From Candidatus Fermentibacterota bacterium (GTDB taxonomy: Bacteria > Fermentibacterota > Fermentibacteria > Fermentibacterales > JCC-6): a stretch of 44,372 nt of DNA. Location: positions 1 through 44,372 of the forward strand of contig QNDS01000001.1 of the NCBI GenBank assembly GCA_003644925.1, read 5' to 3'. The notes under the pieces were generated by a model, which made no database searches, was not told the origin of the DNA, and saw only the letters and a list, made by a program, of their open reading frames with translations. Shown one piece after another: positions 41,916-44,372 of the stretch (the stretch's first letter is position 1; each line of letters starts with the position of its first letter). A program made the translations under genes and the position numbers.

Positions 41916-42566
41916 TCAGAAAAGCTCACTCAATTTTTCGACCATACTCAAGGCACCCTCGAAAACTTCCGCAGGACCGCCTGCAAGCATATAAGCCGGT
42001 GTTGTCACCAGCTTTTTTTCCACATCAACAACGGACTCTTCCACCGGACAATTTACATGAACGGCTCCCATTGCGCTGACCGCAGCAATTGTTTCGGGAT
42101 GATTGCCGATAGTCAGCCTTGCTCCGGGGATCGTCCTTGCAAGGATTACAGGAGCAATGCACATGGCAGCTATCGGTTTTCCGGACTTGAGAGCTGCGTT
42201 GATGAGACTTTCCACTTCAGGATTTACAGAGCATTCGGGACCATCTGACGCAAAGGAACAGAGGGTGAGGGCAGCCCCGAAACCTCCGGGAAATACTACA
42301 GCGTCGTAGTCCTCCGGTCTGAGATCGGACAGGGGTTTGATATTGCCCCTGGCTATTCTGGCAGCCTCCTTCAGCGCATTTCTGGTTACAGACTCTCCGT
42401 CCTCCGTGCTGTGATCAACCGTGGCAGCCTGATCCACATCAGGGGCAGTGTATATGATTTCGTAACCAACCATGTCCAGGGCTATGAGGGCAGCTACAGC
42501 TTCGTGTATTTCAGAGCCGTCCTTCACCCCGCATCCGCTAAGCACAAATGCGACTTTCTTTCCCAT
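41916..42566 (-). CDS. elbB: DJ-1/PfpI-family glyoxalase ElbB-like protein
   Basis: MGKKVAFVLSGCGVKDGSEIHEAVAALIALD is the typical ElbB N-terminus, and AAMCIAP carries the nucleophile-elbow Cys. The track start at 42578 is 4 codons upstream. Confidence 0.85.
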   Translation of the reverse strand: MGKKVAFVLSGCGVKDGSEIHEAVAALIALDMVGYEIIYTAPDVDQAATVDHSTEDGESVTRNALKEAARIARGNIKPLSDLRPEDYDAVVFPGGFGAALTLCSFASDGPECSVNPEVESLINAALKSGKPIAAMCIAPVILARTIPGARLTIGNHPETIAAVSAMGAVHVNCPVEESVVDVEKKLVTTPAYMLAGGPAEVFEGALSMVEKLSELF

Positions 42567-42703
42567 GATATCCTCCATGTCAGTAAGATCCTTTTTACTG
42601 TTGAAGTGATACTAAAACAATCTCCCGCAGTCCACGGTGCCCGAGACATTGCCGATTTAAATCTGTAATGTATCTTTAGCCCAACTGAAATAAAGGAGTT
42701 GAA

Positions 42704-43375
42704 ATGCTCAGGATATTATTTACCATAACGATTTTTACATTATTGCTGTCATCATGTTACTATGGAGTCATGCAGGGCGCTCATACTCTGGGGAAAGACC
42801 ACATCACGATAACCGGCGGAGTTACCCTGCCCGCCTATTTCTCCGCTGACGCGAAGCGGGAGGCGGAAGAGAACAGAATTGATTTCCTTGAAGCTTATCC
42901 CACAGCGGATTTTGCCATCGGGGCAACCGACAGGATAGACCTCGGGGTATCTTCCTTCGGGTACGGGGTAGGCCCTATGGTGAAGTACAACTTCATGAAT
43001 CCCGCAGAACCAACTGCTGTATCCGCCATGCTGAACATGAACTACGTGATCCCAATGCAGGTTATGCTTCCAAGGTTGTCTCTCTGTGCCGGACACCTGT
43101 TCGACAGGGATCTTGAGATTTTCGCCGGAAGCGACGTGGGTTACGGCCCCGATATGTCCAATATCCCCGAGTCGGAGGATGGTTCTCACGACTGGGATTT
43201 GGTGGACAACACTTTTTTCGCGTGTATCCGTCTTGGCTGCAAGTACGAACTGAAGCCGCCTGGCAGCCCGAATGAGAATTTAGTGTACCTCCCCGAATCC
43301 ATCCTGTTTCAATTCTCCATACCTCTTGATATCTCAAGGAGCATGATACTGGCGGGGCTGGCTATCACGTACTAG
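42704..43375 (+). CDS. lipoprotein of unknown function, possibly outer-membrane associated
   Basis: 223 aa. Lipobox LLLSSC. C-terminus ...MILAGLAITY has alternating hydrophobic residues and a terminal aromatic. Confidence 0.65.
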   Translation: MLRILFTITIFTLLLSSCYYGVMQGAHTLGKDHITITGGVTLPAYFSADAKREAEENRIDFLEAYPTADFAIGATDRIDLGVSSFGYGVGPMVKYNFMNPAEPTAVSAMLNMNYVIPMQVMLPRLSLCAGHLFDRDLEIFAGSDVGYGPDMSNIPESEDGSHDWDLVDNTFFACIRLGCKYELKPPGSPNENLVYLPESILFQFSIPLDISRSMILAGLAITY

Positions 43376-43382
43376 GGATAAA

Positions 43383-44198
43383 TTGAAACCGCTAAGCGAC
43401 ATGCATGTTCATACAAGCGACTCTCCAGACGCTGATATTCCCGCGTGGAGCCTTATACAGAAGGGCAGAGAGAACAATCTGAGAGGGATCGGTTTCGTCG
43501 CTCATCTTGACCTGAATCCGGAGGATTTCTGTTACAACAGCTTCAATGCTGATACTTACGATGAATCAATAATCCGTGCCCGGAATGAATCCGAAGGACA
43601 ATTACTGGTAATGAAGGGTCTGGAAGTAGGGGAACCTCATAAGTACGAAGAACAGGTGAAGAATCTTGTTAATTATTCGGACTATGATTTCATAACCGGA
43701 GCTCTTCACTCCGTAGAGAATATCGGAATGATTCTGGGAAAGGAAGCTTATTCGGATAGAGACCCGCTTGAAATCGTAGAGGAGTACTACACCGAAACGC
43801 TAAGAATGGTCGAGATTTCCGATATCGATATCCTCGCTCACACGGGTCTTTTCAGAAGGGGGCTTGCGCTTGCCGGACTGAGGTATGATTTCAACGAAAT
43901 GCAGCTCTGGCCGGAAGCCATAGACAGTATCCTCAAAGTGCTGATCGAACGGGACATAGCGCTTGAGCTGAACACATCCGGTCTCCGCAGGGCCGAAAAG
44001 ATCACCTATCCCATTCCCGCAATTCTTGAGCGGTTTCGAGAGCTTGGCGGAACCCTTGTGACGCTCGGTTCGGATACTCACAGGGAGCCTCATGTGTTCT
44101 TTGGTCTTTCGCGGGGCGCCGCACTCCTTCTGCAATCAGGTTTCAAAGAGGCTTACGCTTTTGTTGATCGGGAGCCAATGGCATTCGGCTTAGCCTGA
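43383..44198 (+). CDS. PHP-domain phosphoesterase, histidinol-phosphatase (HisJ/HisK) family
   Basis: DMHVHTSDSPDA (HxH), ..GALHS.., ILAHTG, LELNTSG, GSDTH. The start is either TTG 43383 or ATG 43401. Confidence 0.75.
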   Translation: MKPLSDMHVHTSDSPDADIPAWSLIQKGRENNLRGIGFVAHLDLNPEDFCYNSFNADTYDESIIRARNESEGQLLVMKGLEVGEPHKYEEQVKNLVNYSDYDFITGALHSVENIGMILGKEAYSDRDPLEIVEEYYTETLRMVEISDIDILAHTGLFRRGLALAGLRYDFNEMQLWPEAIDSILKVLIERDIALELNTSGLRRAEKITYPIPAILERFRELGGTLVTLGSDTHREPHVFFGLSRGAALLLQSGFKEAYAFVDREPMAFGLA

Positions 44199-44210
44199 GA
44201 TATTATTGAA

Positions 44211-44372
44211 TTACTTCGTGAGACCGTGCTCTTGGAGTTCTTCAGTTGCCGAGTCCACAAGATCGGATGAAGTACAGGTTTCAACCCAGCTGCAAAGATC
44301 AGAAACACCCCTGGAGAACTCTATCTCCGCGCTGAAACCAAGGATATCCTTCGTTCGGGATGTATCTGCAAA
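44211..44372 (-). CDS. C-terminal end of an NAD-dependent epimerase/dehydratase-like protein (partial, runs off the window)
   Basis: My own minus-strand translation gives FADTSRTKDILGFSAEIEFSRGVSDLCSWVE..., which resembles the ADxSKAxxxLGWxPxxxLxEGL tail of SDR epimerases. Stop TAA at 44211-44213. Confidence 0.45.
   Translation of the reverse strand, partial: FADTSRTKDILGFSAEIEFSRGVSDLCSWVETCTSSDLVDSATEELQEHGLTK

Noticed and set aside
1-44372. Scan for tRNA/rRNA genes, CRISPR arrays, insertion sequences, integrases, toxin-antitoxin pairs and defence-system hallmarks
   Set aside because: No spaced direct-repeat arrays, tRNA-like cloverleaf sequences in the intergenic gaps (all 312 nt or shorter), transposase or recombinase motifs, or terminal inverted repeats were seen. 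The window reads as conserved chromosomal core.

Overview
This window is the chromosomal replication-origin neighbourhood of a bacterium with fermentative, anaerobe-like gene content. GGAGG-type ribosome-binding sites and overlapping stop/start codons are common. The minus-strand block 10344-18355 holds ferredoxin, parB, parA, rsmG, mnmG, mnmE, yidC, yidD, rnpA and rpmH. It diverges from the plus-strand block that starts at 18668: dnaA, dnaN, a DUF721/DciA-like gene, gyrB and gyrA, followed by a 1143-aa gene of unknown function. DnaA-box-like motifs lie on both sides of dnaA. The left end carries a partial nnr, an HD hydrolase, a ptb-buk-iorA-iorB fermentation operon, a HAD hydrolase, two membrane proteins and one 937-aa fusion of glycosyltransferase, formyltransferase and CE4 deacetylase domains. 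The right half carries asparaginase, bactofilin, a complete V/A-type ATPase operon in the order H-I-K-E-C-F-A-B-D, two tandem paralogous secreted proteins, elbB, a lipoprotein, a PHP phosphatase and a partial epimerase. I saw no rRNA, tRNA, CRISPR array, transposase or integrase. The most unusual observations are these. (1) dnaA is cut by one in-frame TAA that lines up without gaps with intact DnaA proteins, and a GGAGG plus GTG follows it. (2) rpmH is absent from the ORF track and sits entirely inside the rnpA ORF in another frame; rnpA has no canonical start downstream of it. (3) Two identical parS-like 16-mers occur in opposite orientation. (4) The three-domain sugar-modification fusion. 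(5) The 1143-aa gene of unknown function has an open upstream extension with no start codon. (6) The tandem secreted paralogues share a conserved extreme C-terminus. (7) A perfect inverted pair of DnaA-box consensus sequences lies about 11.5 kb from dnaA.
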